DNA of 64,000 nucleotides from a virus (Duplodnaviria > Caudoviricetes), in the IMG/VR virus record IMGVR_UViG_3300035182_001315; one strand, written 5' to 3'. The first letter of the stretch is position 1. Each line of letters starts with the position of its first letter. The notes beneath the pieces were generated by a model, which was not told the origin of the DNA, searched no databases, and saw nothing but the letters and a program-made list of their open reading frames with translations. The position numbers and the translations under genes were made by a program. Of this stretch, positions 38,125 through 48,029 are shown in pieces.

Positions 38125-39576
38125 TTAAGGCTTAACCTTTTTTGGGTTCTTTTGAGCCCATAAATGCATAAATAATTCAAATAATACCGATAAAAACTTG
38201 GTAAGATTCTTTTTAAATGCTCTTCTGTCCTGTGCATCAGCCAAGAAAGCCTTGTTCGGCTCAATGGTATTGTATTCAGGAGCCTCATTCATCTTGTTCA
38301 ATCCACCACCAAACTTCGCTAATCTGTCGAGGTTTCCTGAGTATAACCCCAACAAAATCTCATCCATAAACGTCTTATATTGTCTCAATCCGTTCATATC
38401 ATCTGCCGGTACATTGAACATTTTCTGGAAATCAGTTAACATAATAGGATTCGCACGGAACCTCGCTATAATATTATCCAGCTTGGCATCTGTGCCGGTT
38501 GGCTTAAGATTCCTTACCTTCGGCCTGATACTATCAACCATTCCAATCAATTGTTCAAATAGCTTAACCTTATCGGTAGAAGTTGCTTTCTCTAAGTATG
38601 CTACGCTATTTGGGTCAGTAATATATCTCCCTTCAGTTAACGCCCCTGCTGGTGTAATTTTTTGTAAGTCACTGGTTTTCACAGCAAAAATGTTCTTTTT
38701 GCCGGGATATTTAACCTGAGTACGGCCCGGAGCGGAATCAATCTTTAATACTTCAACCTCGTTACCCTTATAAAGTCTCTTGTCTCCCGGCTTCATCATT
38801 TTGTCGATAGCGGCACCTGTACCAACCCTTGCACCGGCACGAACACCCAACATCTTACGATTGTTAATGATGAACTTGAATAGTGAAAGGGTTGAGCGGT
38901 AGATGTCTTCGAAGGCTGGGTCAAACGTTCCACGGCGAACATTTGCTGCACCGGCAGCTGGAGCTGTAGGTAGCGCAACGTGCTTTGGAAGTTCTGCTGG
39001 GTCAACCGGCTTAATTGAATTCAAGAGATTTGTAAGGATGGCAGCTCTGGATTCCTTTTTACCCACTTCTTTTGGAACTGGTGTAGCGGCTGTGTCGCCA
39101 AGGCGTTTGTTCACAACAGCTGGATAATCAGTCTCATAAACATTCTTGTAGATACCCTTGAGATTTCTGTCACGGATGTCTTGTACGTAGGTTCTAAGGT
39201 CAGAAATAATAGCATTGGCCGCTGGGACGGTCAGGTAACCATCTTCGGTTGGTGGTAGGTAGGTTGCGCCATGAACTTCTTCATAGGCTGCGTTGAGCTG
39301 TAGAACGGTATTTAGAAAGATAGTATTATCTTTGGAGTTTGGGAAGTCTGGGTCCTTCTGGCGAATGTCGGCATCCAAGTCTTTAACAAGCTGGTTGCTT
39401 ACGTTAGCAAGGGTCTTTGGGTCCTTTGAAATGTTCTTCTTTTTGGAAAGGGAAGAAAGGATATTCTTGATATTCTGGAAGGTGCCTTCGGATAAAATCT
39501 GCTGTGCGGCATCGCCCTTGATGGTTTCAACAAGACGAGAATATTGCTCAGTAGTTATGACAAGTTTTTTACCCAT
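38125..39576 (-). CDS. Hypothetical virion protein with N-terminal KLVITTEQY motif
   Basis: 483 aa between sheath and tube genes; internal LSE/LTE/MNE motifs. Confidence 0.65.
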   Translation of the reverse strand: MGKKLVITTEQYSRLVETIKGDAAQQILSEGTFQNIKNILSSLSKKKNISKDPKTLANVSNQLVKDLDADIRQKDPDFPNSKDNTIFLNTVLQLNAAYEEVHGATYLPPTEDGYLTVPAANAIISDLRTYVQDIRDRNLKGIYKNVYETDYPAVVNKRLGDTAATPVPKEVGKKESRAAILTNLLNSIKPVDPAELPKHVALPTAPAAGAANVRRGTFDPAFEDIYRSTLSLFKFIINNRKMLGVRAGARVGTGAAIDKMMKPGDKRLYKGNEVEVLKIDSAPGRTQVKYPGKKNIFAVKTSDLQKITPAGALTEGRYITDPNSVAYLEKATSTDKVKLFEQLIGMVDSIRPKVRNLKPTGTDAKLDNIIARFRANPIMLTDFQKMFNVPADDMNGLRQYKTFMDEILLGLYSGNLDRLAKFGGGLNKMNEAPEYNTIEPNKAFLADAQDRRAFKKNLTKFLSVLFELFMHLWAQKNPKKVKP

Positions 39577-39973
39577 TGTAATTTGGAAATCTTTGGCTGA
39601 TTAGTTCTTGAATCTTAGCCATGTTGTATTTAAGAATAGTACCAATGGTAATCATTTCCTCAGGAGATTTCATTGATAGATAGCCACCATTCTTTCTTAC
39701 GATTGAGAAAAGCGTATCGGCTTCCTTTTCGAAACCATCACGGTAATAAACGTAACCATTCTGAAGGGCGGTAGGCATAAGATGAATACCAGCATCCTTA
39801 AGAACCTGTACAGTTTCAGGTAGTGCATATGTAGTAAAGCCTACACCACGCTTGCCGTCCAATACGGATTGCATCATTGAGTCCTTAACAGGATTCGCCT
39901 GTGATTGCACATCTTCGGTGACCTTGGCTGTAAGGGTCTTAAACTGGCTCTCAGTGATTCTTAGCTTTCTCAT
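39569..39973 (-). CDS. Hypothetical protein with N-terminal KLRITESQF motif
   Basis: 134 aa; ATATTTAT immediately upstream. Confidence 0.65.
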   Translation of the reverse strand: MRKLRITESQFKTLTAKVTEDVQSQANPVKDSMMQSVLDGKRGVGFTTYALPETVQVLKDAGIHLMPTALQNGYVYYRDGFEKEADTLFSIVRKNGGYLSMKSPEEMITIGTILKYNMAKIQELISQRFPNYNG

Positions 39974-39996
39974 GTATATAAATATTCTCTTAAAAT

Positions 39997-40025
39997 AAAA
40001 AACCCCTGAGTTTCAGGGGTTTTTT
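39997..40025 (-). terminator. Rho-independent terminator after the sheath gene
   Basis: AAAAAACCCCTGA-G-TT-TCAGGGGTTTTTT inverted repeat. Confidence 0.85.
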
Positions 40026-40041
40026 AGATTTATAATCTTGA

Positions 40042-42885
40042 TTAGATATTCTGGAATGAAGCACCAGTGTTAAGGATGTCGAATTCGATTTCGATGAACT
40101 CAAGCGAACGAGTCGGCTTAAGGAAGATTTTACCTGTCAATTCATTTCTGTCGATTTCTTCTGGGTCAGTTGAAAGAACAACTCTGAAATCTGTAAGACC
40201 TCTTTCTGTTCTGATATTATCCAAGATTGGATTAACCAAAGACAAGAACTGGTTTCTTACAACGTTGTCGTTTTGTTCGAACAACAATCTGATAGCCACA
40301 GCAGAAATAAGCTTTCTTGCTTGCAACAACAATCTTCTAACGTTAACTCTGTCAAGAGCTGTGTCAGCAACCTGAAGAGTCTTGTTACCCCAAATCAACA
40401 CACCTTCAGTTGTAAAGGAAGCGATTGGATTGATTCTGTTTTCGTACAAGGTATCTCTTTCACCCTGAGTCAGTTTCTTTCTTGCCTTGATAGCATCAAC
40501 ATTACCTCTGTTAACACCCGCAGTTGCGAACCAAGGGAAAGCGATATTGTCAGTCAAAGCGATGTTTCTTACAACGTCTCTTGTTGGTGGAACGTAAATG
40601 AATACGTTGTTCTCAGCATCCAAGATTTGAATCCAAGGCCAGTAAGTAGCAGTGTAGTTGCTATCAAATTCACCAGAGATTTCGTCTGTTACATCCTGTG
40701 CAGAAAGTACATTTCCAGCACCATCAGTATCAGGAGTTGTTACGATATAAAGTGAGTCAGCTCTGTCAATTTCAACCATTTCGATTGCAGCCTCAACAAG
40801 GTTTGTGTTATCGAATGTATCGATACCCGGAGTTGCAAACACGTTAATGTTTACTGATTCTGGGTTAGAGAATGTCCAGATAGCTTCAAGGTAAGCGTAG
40901 TAATCTGAGTTGATACCCAAGTCACCGTTTGAAAGTGTTCTGTTCTGGAATACACCGCTCAATAAACCTGCCTGACCCTTCACACCATTGATAAGGAATG
41001 AGTCAAGGTTACTTCTTCTTGTTCTGTAGATATCCCAACCATCGAAACCACCGTATGGAGCGAAGGTAAACTTACGAGCGTAAACCTTTTCGTAAGGACC
41101 GCCAACCAAACCAGCTTCAGTTGTGAATACCCAATCACCAGTGTCAAACTTGAATATTGGGCTATATGTTCCGCCTGTTGAATCGATAACAACTTGTACG
41201 TTGTCGATTGTTGCAGCACTTGCATTAACGTCCATGTGGAAACCGTTTGTCATGCCGGTCCATTGGTCATAAGACTGTCCTACTGGAGCACCCTTGTAAT
41301 CGAAGATATCAGCATCGATACCAACAGTATCAGACAAACCTAAGTAGTACTTTCTCTTGTTTTCGAAAGTTCCGTAAGTCTGCTTGTACATAAGGCTTGG
41401 TGATGTTGTACCTGTGTTGCCATTCGCTTGGTAATCTCTGATAGGGAAACCTACGAAACCAGCTGCGAAAGCATCACTTGTGTCTGATGTGTCATCCAAC
41501 TCAACCAAAACGTAGGTTGACTTAGAAGCGTATGTACCATCAAGAGTACCGATTCTTCTCGCAATGTAATTGTTTGAAGTTGGGTCCATTGTACATCTTG
41601 CGTAAGATTCAAGAACAACTGGATTTGCATCTGTGTCATAGAATCCTCTGATATAAACGTCGAACTCTCTTGTATCTGGCTTGATGTTCACGATAGAAAT
41701 CTTGAACTGTTCGTTTGCTGCGTTACCGTCAGAGATGGTCCAGAATCTGAACAATCTAAGAACCTTGTTACCTCTCAATTCAGAAACAACATACGGTGTA
41801 ACCGCTGGCTGATACTGAGTCAAGTAGTCGTTGTAAGCAGTACCGTACTTAACAAGAGTTGAGTTGATACCATAAATTTTACCAGCAGTGTTCAATGAAG
41901 TGAACATGTGGTCGTATAATTCTTCAGCGAAGATTGCAGTTTTACCGTCCTGAGCACCACGTCCCAATACCTTTGGAAGGTAGTTCTTCTGAGTTTTGTC
42001 GAAAGACATTGAGTAATCGAAATTACCAACAGCTGAAGACTTACCAGAAAGGGAGAAGTTACCCAATGGGTTGTTTGTTGCGCCGGTTGCAGCTGGGTCG
42101 AAAATCAAACCAGTTGATGCGCTAACTTGAAATACAGGAACCTGAGTGGTTGCATCCACAGAACCTCTTGAACGCAAGATAGCAACTACCTTACCTTCAA
42201 CGCCTGTGTAACCTGTACCTGCGTAATATGTTGTTGTACCAGTTGTAGAACCAGTGATGAAACCACCGTTTGTACCAACTGAAGATACGTAAAGAGTTGC
42301 AGAAACACCACTGAAGGTAGTTCCGTTCTTTAAGAATGTTTGAGCGATTGTGCTTGTTGAACCTGTTGCAGAAACAGCCAAGTAGTCGAAGCTAATAAGA
42401 CCAGCTGCGAACAACTGACTGATAAGAGATTGATTTGTTGTGATTGAAAGAATGGTTCCACCAGTAGTTGCAGAGAATGTCAACAACGGATTTGCTGTTG
42501 TTGCAGACTGTGTAGTTACTACTGTTGCTGGGTCGATAGCTGCGCTAAGAGTGATACCCCAAGCCTGACCACCGTCATAACCAGAGAAACCAAGTACTCT
42601 TGTAACGAATAACTGGTTTGACTGAGACAAGTAGGATTTAGCGATATATGGAAGTTCATATAATGGAGCGCCGTTTCCGTCTGGTCCGTTTACAAGTGTG
42701 TTGTCTAACCCACCGAAGAAGGATTGAAATTCTCCGTAGTTACCAACGAAGATTGGTTGGAATGCTGGCCCTTGTGTTGTCTCACCCACCAAGCCAAGGG
42801 TTGTTACACCAACCTGACGTGTTACAAATGTGAGGTCTTTTTCAGAGGTATAGACACCCGGACTAACGAATACTTTATCTGCCAT
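40042..42885 (-). CDS. Tail sheath protein (T4 gp18-like)
   Basis: VFVSPGVYTSEKD, GETTQGPAF, FATPGID, ATYWPW, FPWFATAGVNRG, WGNKTLQ...RVNVRRLLL, LFEQND, PTRSLEFI. Confidence 0.95.
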   Translation of the reverse strand: MADKVFVSPGVYTSEKDLTFVTRQVGVTTLGLVGETTQGPAFQPIFVGNYGEFQSFFGGLDNTLVNGPDGNGAPLYELPYIAKSYLSQSNQLFVTRVLGFSGYDGGQAWGITLSAAIDPATVVTTQSATTANPLLTFSATTGGTILSITTNQSLISQLFAAGLISFDYLAVSATGSTSTIAQTFLKNGTTFSGVSATLYVSSVGTNGGFITGSTTGTTTYYAGTGYTGVEGKVVAILRSRGSVDATTQVPVFQVSASTGLIFDPAATGATNNPLGNFSLSGKSSAVGNFDYSMSFDKTQKNYLPKVLGRGAQDGKTAIFAEELYDHMFTSLNTAGKIYGINSTLVKYGTAYNDYLTQYQPAVTPYVVSELRGNKVLRLFRFWTISDGNAANEQFKISIVNIKPDTREFDVYIRGFYDTDANPVVLESYARCTMDPTSNNYIARRIGTLDGTYASKSTYVLVELDDTSDTSDAFAAGFVGFPIRDYQANGNTGTTSPSLMYKQTYGTFENKRKYYLGLSDTVGIDADIFDYKGAPVGQSYDQWTGMTNGFHMDVNASAATIDNVQVVIDSTGGTYSPIFKFDTGDWVFTTEAGLVGGPYEKVYARKFTFAPYGGFDGWDIYRTRRSNLDSFLINGVKGQAGLLSGVFQNRTLSNGDLGINSDYYAYLEAIWTFSNPESVNINVFATPGIDTFDNTNLVEAAIEMVEIDRADSLYIVTTPDTDGAGNVLSAQDVTDEISGEFDSNYTATYWPWIQILDAENNVFIYVPPTRDVVRNIALTDNIAFPWFATAGVNRGNVDAIKARKKLTQGERDTLYENRINPIASFTTEGVLIWGNKTLQVADTALDRVNVRRLLLQARKLISAVAIRLLFEQNDNVVRNQFLSLVNPILDNIRTERGLTDFRVVLSTDPEEIDRNELTGKIFLKPTRSLEFIEIEFDILNTGASFQNI

Positions 42886-42984
42886 GTTGTTTTTTTTACT
42901 GTTTTAAAATTATTTCTTCTAATAAATATTGCAGAAAAAAGGAAAATTTGGATATATAGTCAAAATCTTGAAAATTAAGGACCC

Positions 42985-43395
42985 TTATAAAAGGATTATT
43001 AACGCTATGGATACCACCAACATAGATATCTTCAATATTGCTGAAGCTTTTTCGGCCTTATTAGGAAACCACTTCTGTAACAACTTGTCGGTTTTAGCCG
43101 TAGTTCCCACAAAAAAGAAGGGTTTGTTCAATCCTACCTTGTGAACGATACCGGCGAAGATTGCCCAGAATGCAGAAAGGGAAAGAGGAATGAATTTAGC
43201 CCCAAACGCAAAAAAGGCAGTAAAAGCCAAGTACAGGAATAACCCAGCACCTACTTCATGCCATTCAGCGGAGACTTTATCATTCTCAGGAGTTCCGTCA
43301 GGAATCCTTGCGTCTTTGATTAATAAGGCGTTGTATAAGCCTAAAAGGACTACTCCAATGAGTACCCAGATTGTTCCAAGAATTGTTATAAGCAT
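42985..43395 (-). CDS. Multi-pass membrane protein
   Basis: MLITILGTIWVLIGVVLLGLYNA...; about 4 hydrophobic helices; ATG at 43395 is 1 nt after the upstream stop. Confidence 0.7.
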   Translation of the reverse strand: MLITILGTIWVLIGVVLLGLYNALLIKDARIPDGTPENDKVSAEWHEVGAGLFLYLAFTAFFAFGAKFIPLSLSAFWAIFAGIVHKVGLNKPFFFVGTTAKTDKLLQKWFPNKAEKASAILKISMLVVSIALIILL

Positions 43396-43396
43396 A

Positions 43397-43570
43397 TTAC
43401 TCTTTAGTAATAAGTATCTTGGAATATGACACAGTTCCATCTTTATCAACCTGTTTTATGCGATAATAGACAGTTTTTGGCTGGGTTGGAGTAACAACAT
43501 TCTCTTTTTGGCATTTGAAGCCGATGAATGCGATAAAAAATATTGACAGGAAAATAATAAGCCTCTTCAT
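43397..43570 (-). CDS. Small putative lipoprotein carrying the terminal strands of a T9SS-cargo-type beta domain
   Basis: MKRLIIFLSIFFIAFIGFK-C-QKENVVTPTQPKTVYYRIKQVDKDGTVSYSKILITKE*. Confidence 0.65.
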   Translation of the reverse strand: MKRLIIFLSIFFIAFIGFKCQKENVVTPTQPKTVYYRIKQVDKDGTVSYSKILITKE

Positions 43571-43574
43571 AGTT

Positions 43575-44576
43575 TTAACGGTTAAATGTAAAGTCGTAAG
43601 TAAGGGTCGCAGATGAGTTACCATTTGGAGCCTTGGAGTCGATTTTACCGACAGTGTTGAAACTAATTCCATCTTCACTTCTCTGAACCTCGAAGTAAGC
43701 ATTGTTGGATTCAGATACCGTTGTCCAATGAACAAGGGTAGAGTTTTGTATAGTTCTTAAATAGAAATCACCGAAAGTAATCGGAAGAGGAATACCCTTC
43801 TGATATTGCAACATCCACTCCCACATAGAAAGTCCAGTGGTCGGGCTGTGCCAGTTGATATCTTCATATGTTGTCCAGCAGCAGTGGCCACCCGGATAAA
43901 TCCAAAGCTCAGATGAGTTAGGAAAAAACTGGTTGAACCTTGAGTTAATCCATTTTGTCTGAGTAAGGAAGTCACCATCTTGGTCACCGTCCATACACCA
44001 TGTATGAATCTTTTCAGTAGCCCAAGCCTGTAGCTGAGCATCAGAAGGATTCACGTTTGTAGCGATTGACATTGGTACAGCAGCGGCAAAGTAATGAGTT
44101 AATTCCTGAGAATATGTAAGGGCATCAACAGTTTCCGCACCACCGGCACTAAGGCCATTGATGTAGATTCTGGAAATGTCAACACGGTAGTTGGCTATAA
44201 CCCACTTGATAGTTGCGAGAACTTCTTCAGGTGGCGGAGCCCAATCGTAATGCTGAGTAGCAATTACTATGAAAGAGAATTTCTTCTTGCTGATAGGGTC
44301 CGTGATATTATCAGGACGCATACCGTTTGCAATAAGATTTGGTATTCCTTGATTTAAAAGGATATTAACCGGCCCGAAGGCACCTGCTTCACCTAATCCG
44401 TGTAAAAAAATTACTACAGGATATTTCGTGGTGGAAAAAGGATAATCTGCGGGAAGGTATAAATACCCTTGTAAATTACCAGTGGGATATGGGACAGAAA
44501 CTTGTTGTTGTGGGCCTTGAGCAAAAGAGTAAAACGTTGTTGTAAGGATTGCTAACAATAAGAAAATCTTTCTCAT
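43575..44576 (-). CDS. Secreted alpha/beta-hydrolase (esterase/peptidase) with a truncated C-terminal beta domain
   Basis: Signal peptide MRKIFLLLAILTTTFYSFAQ; VIFLHGLGE; nucleophile elbow NGLSAGG; GDQD; GGHCCW; tail PLPITF...HWTTVSESNNAYFEVQRSEDG...YDFTFNR*. Confidence 0.85.
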   Translation of the reverse strand: MRKIFLLLAILTTTFYSFAQGPQQQVSVPYPTGNLQGYLYLPADYPFSTTKYPVVIFLHGLGEAGAFGPVNILLNQGIPNLIANGMRPDNITDPISKKKFSFIVIATQHYDWAPPPEEVLATIKWVIANYRVDISRIYINGLSAGGAETVDALTYSQELTHYFAAAVPMSIATNVNPSDAQLQAWATEKIHTWCMDGDQDGDFLTQTKWINSRFNQFFPNSSELWIYPGGHCCWTTYEDINWHSPTTGLSMWEWMLQYQKGIPLPITFGDFYLRTIQNSTLVHWTTVSESNNAYFEVQRSEDGISFNTVGKIDSKAPNGNSSATLTYDFTFNR

Positions 44577-44596
44577 ACGTCTTGGTGGTTTTTATT

Positions 44597-45121
44597 TTAT
44601 CTTATCAGTGGTTTGTCAAATAGTTTTTCTAAATCTTTTCCACTGTTATCTTTAACGTACTTAACTGTTGTATCAGATACGTTAGTTATTTTTATGAAGT
44701 CAGCTGGCGCTACGTTTACAGAATTATTAGTTAGTATCGCAGATGAAGCTCCATACTGAGTGAACAAATATACTGCCAGAAGGATATAACATAGCCATTG
44801 GCCACCATTTCCCTGAACAAATATATCAGTTTTGTCCGCCGCACCCAAAATGATAAGGATAACTACACCGCCAACAGCGATATAAGAGATAACCTTTAGA
44901 ATCTTGTGAGCTGGTAATTCCTTAGCTTTTTCCAAAGCCAATTTAGGGGAAATGTCAACACGGTATTCAGCCGGTGCTGATTCGAAGTTGGCTCTCTTTT
45001 GTTCAGAGAAATATGTAACTGGGAACTTGTCGTCTTTCTTAACGATAACTTCAGCTACAAAGATTAATGAGGCAATAAGTGCCAATAATCCGATGATTGC
45101 ATTCTTAATTGGTGTTTTCAT
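44597..45121 (-). CDS. Membrane protein (3 predicted TM helices)
   Basis: Hydrophobic segments near aa 8-26, 76-93 and 109-128. Confidence 0.7.
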   Translation of the reverse strand: MKTPIKNAIIGLLALIASLIFVAEVIVKKDDKFPVTYFSEQKRANFESAPAEYRVDISPKLALEKAKELPAHKILKVISYIAVGGVVILIILGAADKTDIFVQGNGGQWLCYILLAVYLFTQYGASSAILTNNSVNVAPADFIKITNVSDTTVKYVKDNSGKDLEKLFDKPLIR

Positions 45122-45187
45122 AACATTTTTTGTTTATTATAATTATCTTCCAGAAAGTAAAAGGTTAAGCTAATTACCAACAAAATA

Positions 45188-47122
45188 TTAATTCTGGGTC
45201 TCAATATATATTCTGTTTATACCCAAATTGACCGCAGTAGCTCCCGTATTCGCACCATTTGACGCTAAACAAGCTGCAACCATCGGAGTATTAACCGCTG
45301 GTGCATTGATACCAGTAGTTATCGTATTAACAATTGTTGTTCCAGAGTTAATATTATCTAAACGGTACCCGTACACATTAGTATTAGGTGCCATATATAT
45401 CCAAGCAACGTACCCAGTATTGGCAGAAAGTGTCGGCTGGCCACCTATAGCAGTTTTGGTTGATGTACCACCTGAGTTTGACATAAAGCTAATTGCCGTA
45501 TCACCAGAATCGATAATAAATCCGATTGTATTTGTATTTGCAGAGGGATTACCAACAACAATGTTACCCGTGTTGCTCGTAAGTCCAACAAATAATTTGC
45601 TACCGGCTGTCCAAGCATCAAAACCGAACGTACAGAAGAATAAGAATCCACCTCTTCCTGTAACCGAACCTCTGAACCACATGGCATCTGAACTTTTCTG
45701 GCCGACCTGTTGGTTAGTTGTAGTAATTACATTTGCATATCTACCTCTTTTAATTGTTGTATATACTGAAGTATTTGTAGGTAAGCCTAATGAATATGTA
45801 CCAGCACCCGCACCACCCGTACCAATCCAAAGTCCCGTTGAAGAACTCGTTGTTGACCAATATGTAATATTATTTGAAAGAAACGAATCTTGTACATTAG
45901 TTGCATGATTTGAAGAGTTAGTATACTTCAAGTGGTCATAACCACCAGCTGTCTTAGCATACATTCTAACCTGATTGGCTGATGTAGCTGCTGGTTCATT
46001 GGTAATAACCTGAATGTTAATACCAGTATCGGTACCACTTAAGGTAAGTGTGTTCGTTGCGTTGTTCCATGTAAGGTTTGCGTCACCTGCGTAACCAGTA
46101 CCGCCAGAGTTAAATATAAGTTGTCCATTACCTGTGACGTTTGGAAGCATATCATATCTTGTAGTACCTCTTGTAAAATATAATGAAGTGTTGTTGTATT
46201 CAAAAGCTCCAGTTTCTGGAGTATTTAATAAAGCACCACTACCTAACTTTAATGAAGCAGTACCAGCAGCAGTTGTACCACCAGTGATGTGAACCTGAGC
46301 AGTTGGGCCACTCGTACCAAAACCAACAACACCAAGGTCATTTTCACCATAGAACCAAGATACCGTATCGTTAACTCTCAATGCTCTTCTTGAATTCGGG
46401 AACACTAAGAAACCATTTAAAAACCCTGAGAAAAACCCAGCAGATAAAGGAATCGCAGATGAAGTTGTTGTTGTGAATACCGTAGCAATAGCATTAGCAT
46501 TTTCAAGTCTGATAGCGGCTGTGTCATTTACACCCACACCCGTGTTAACAACATGGAAGCCAGCATCTGCACCAGATGTTGCAGCCACCTTTATTCTTTG
46601 ATTAACGGCATCGATTGTATATTTTGAAGTACCAGTTAATGCACCATTTGAATTATATTGAATCTGTGTATCTGTACCACCGGCTGTTACATTAAGATAA
46701 GTTGCGGCGGATAATATACCATTCACTGTTAATCCAGTGAAGTTGTTAACTACGGTTGAGAATGTACCACCAGTGCTATCTTCAATCGCAAGTGTGTTGT
46801 TTGTAAAAGTGGTTGCAGTAACTCTCGTATCAATTGAACCCGGAATACCAGTTAAACCAGCACCAGAACCAAAGAAGGTAGTTGCAGAGATTGTAGTTGC
46901 GGAGACCGTAGGAACAATAAGTGTACCTGTCATGGTATCACCTGTTCTTGCGATTCTATCCCAACCAATTGGAAGAATTGAGTTGGTTGTTGTACCTGAT
47001 GCGTAAAGCTTTACATCAGCTGTGTTAAGGCTTAATTCACCTAATAATAGTGAACCAGCTGCTGGAACCTTTCCAGCTACATTAGAACGTTTAAGAAGAA
47101 AAATATTTTGTCTGTTTGCCAT
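45188..47122 (-). CDS. Tail fibre protein
   Basis: N-terminal LKRSNVAGKVP...LGELSLNTADVKLY fibre-attachment motif; T/S/G-rich; DTQIQYNSNG and FNSGGTGYAGD spacers. Confidence 0.75.
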   Translation of the reverse strand: MANRQNIFLLKRSNVAGKVPAAGSLLLGELSLNTADVKLYASGTTTNSILPIGWDRIARTGDTMTGTLIVPTVSATTISATTFFGSGAGLTGIPGSIDTRVTATTFTNNTLAIEDSTGGTFSTVVNNFTGLTVNGILSAATYLNVTAGGTDTQIQYNSNGALTGTSKYTIDAVNQRIKVAATSGADAGFHVVNTGVGVNDTAAIRLENANAIATVFTTTTSSAIPLSAGFFSGFLNGFLVFPNSRRALRVNDTVSWFYGENDLGVVGFGTSGPTAQVHITGGTTAAGTASLKLGSGALLNTPETGAFEYNNTSLYFTRGTTRYDMLPNVTGNGQLIFNSGGTGYAGDANLTWNNATNTLTLSGTDTGINIQVITNEPAATSANQVRMYAKTAGGYDHLKYTNSSNHATNVQDSFLSNNITYWSTTSSSTGLWIGTGGAGAGTYSLGLPTNTSVYTTIKRGRYANVITTTNQQVGQKSSDAMWFRGSVTGRGGFLFFCTFGFDAWTAGSKLFVGLTSNTGNIVVGNPSANTNTIGFIIDSGDTAISFMSNSGGTSTKTAIGGQPTLSANTGYVAWIYMAPNTNVYGYRLDNINSGTTIVNTITTGINAPAVNTPMVAACLASNGANTGATAVNLGINRIYIETQN

Positions 47123-47184
47123 ATCAATGGGCTTTAATCGATGCCTCTATATAGAGTTATTTTAAAATGGTTATATAACCAAGT

Positions 47185-47982
47185 TTATTCTTTAAATTTC
47201 CAAATAAATCCACCAGCAGATTTTGCCTTCCCGTTACATACTGAACCAACATTACCAAAATTAAATCCATCATCTACTACATTATGTAAACATTCATATT
47301 CCTTTATAAATTCACCTTCTTTTGAAAATTGTAGAACTTTTTTTCTATTCTTAGACTTCTTACCCCACATTGGATTTTTTTCACCCACCTGACGTTCACC
47401 TTTTCTATAGGCTGGGTTATTCTCTCCCTCATTTGCCTTTCTAATCTTATCTTTAACCTCATCTGAATGGTTCCTTCCAAGTTGACCCTTTCTCATATTC
47501 TCTTTGGCCAACTTAGCTTTCTCCTCTCCGAGAAGTTCTTCAAGAGATATACCTAACTTTTTCTTAGAGGCGGTGTCCTTTTGTTCTTGGGTCCATTTTC
47601 TACCGAAGTTTGGATTGTCCTCACCCAACATTTGTTTACCATGCTTAATCTTAACATATTCAGACCATTTTTTATTTAAAGGGTCTTTAAGATTATAGTT
47701 TAAATCAGAATTTATTCCACCATGTTCATTAATCCAAAATATCTCTCTATTATCCAAATCCTCAGTCTCTTCAATAATTTCAAACTTGAAATTATTCTTA
47801 CCATATTTCAAAAATGCCCTTTGTAAATGCTCGTTATGATGAGTATTATTTTCAAGCCTATAAAAATGTTCTCTTTCTCTGTAATTAAGCCTATCTGTCT
47901 GACCAATATAAGTCTTACCATTTATCAGATTCGTTATTTTATAAATCCCCTTCATATAAAAAAAGATGGTTGTTTTATCCAT
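47185..47982 (-). CDS. GIY-YIG homing endonuclease (NUMOD3/NUMOD1)
   Basis: KGIYKITNLINGKTYIGQT...R..EH; NPNFGRKWT, HSDEVKDKI; KVLQFSKEGEFIKEY...GGFIW. Start may be 47955. Confidence 0.92.
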   Translation of the reverse strand: MDKTTIFFYMKGIYKITNLINGKTYIGQTDRLNYREREHFYRLENNTHHNEHLQRAFLKYGKNNFKFEIIEETEDLDNREIFWINEHGGINSDLNYNLKDPLNKKWSEYVKIKHGKQMLGEDNPNFGRKWTQEQKDTASKKKLGISLEELLGEEKAKLAKENMRKGQLGRNHSDEVKDKIRKANEGENNPAYRKGERQVGEKNPMWGKKSKNRKKVLQFSKEGEFIKEYECLHNVVDDGFNFGNVGSVCNGKAKSAGGFIWKFKE

Positions 47983-48029
47983 CTTTTAATAAATATGTAG
48001 AAATATTAAAAAGTAATAAGTTCCACGGT

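Noticed and set aside
47956-47982. MDKTTIFF leader of the GIY-YIG gene as a captured fibre N-terminus (as seen for gp25)
   Set aside because: Similarity to MANRQNIFLL is too weak at DNA and protein level.
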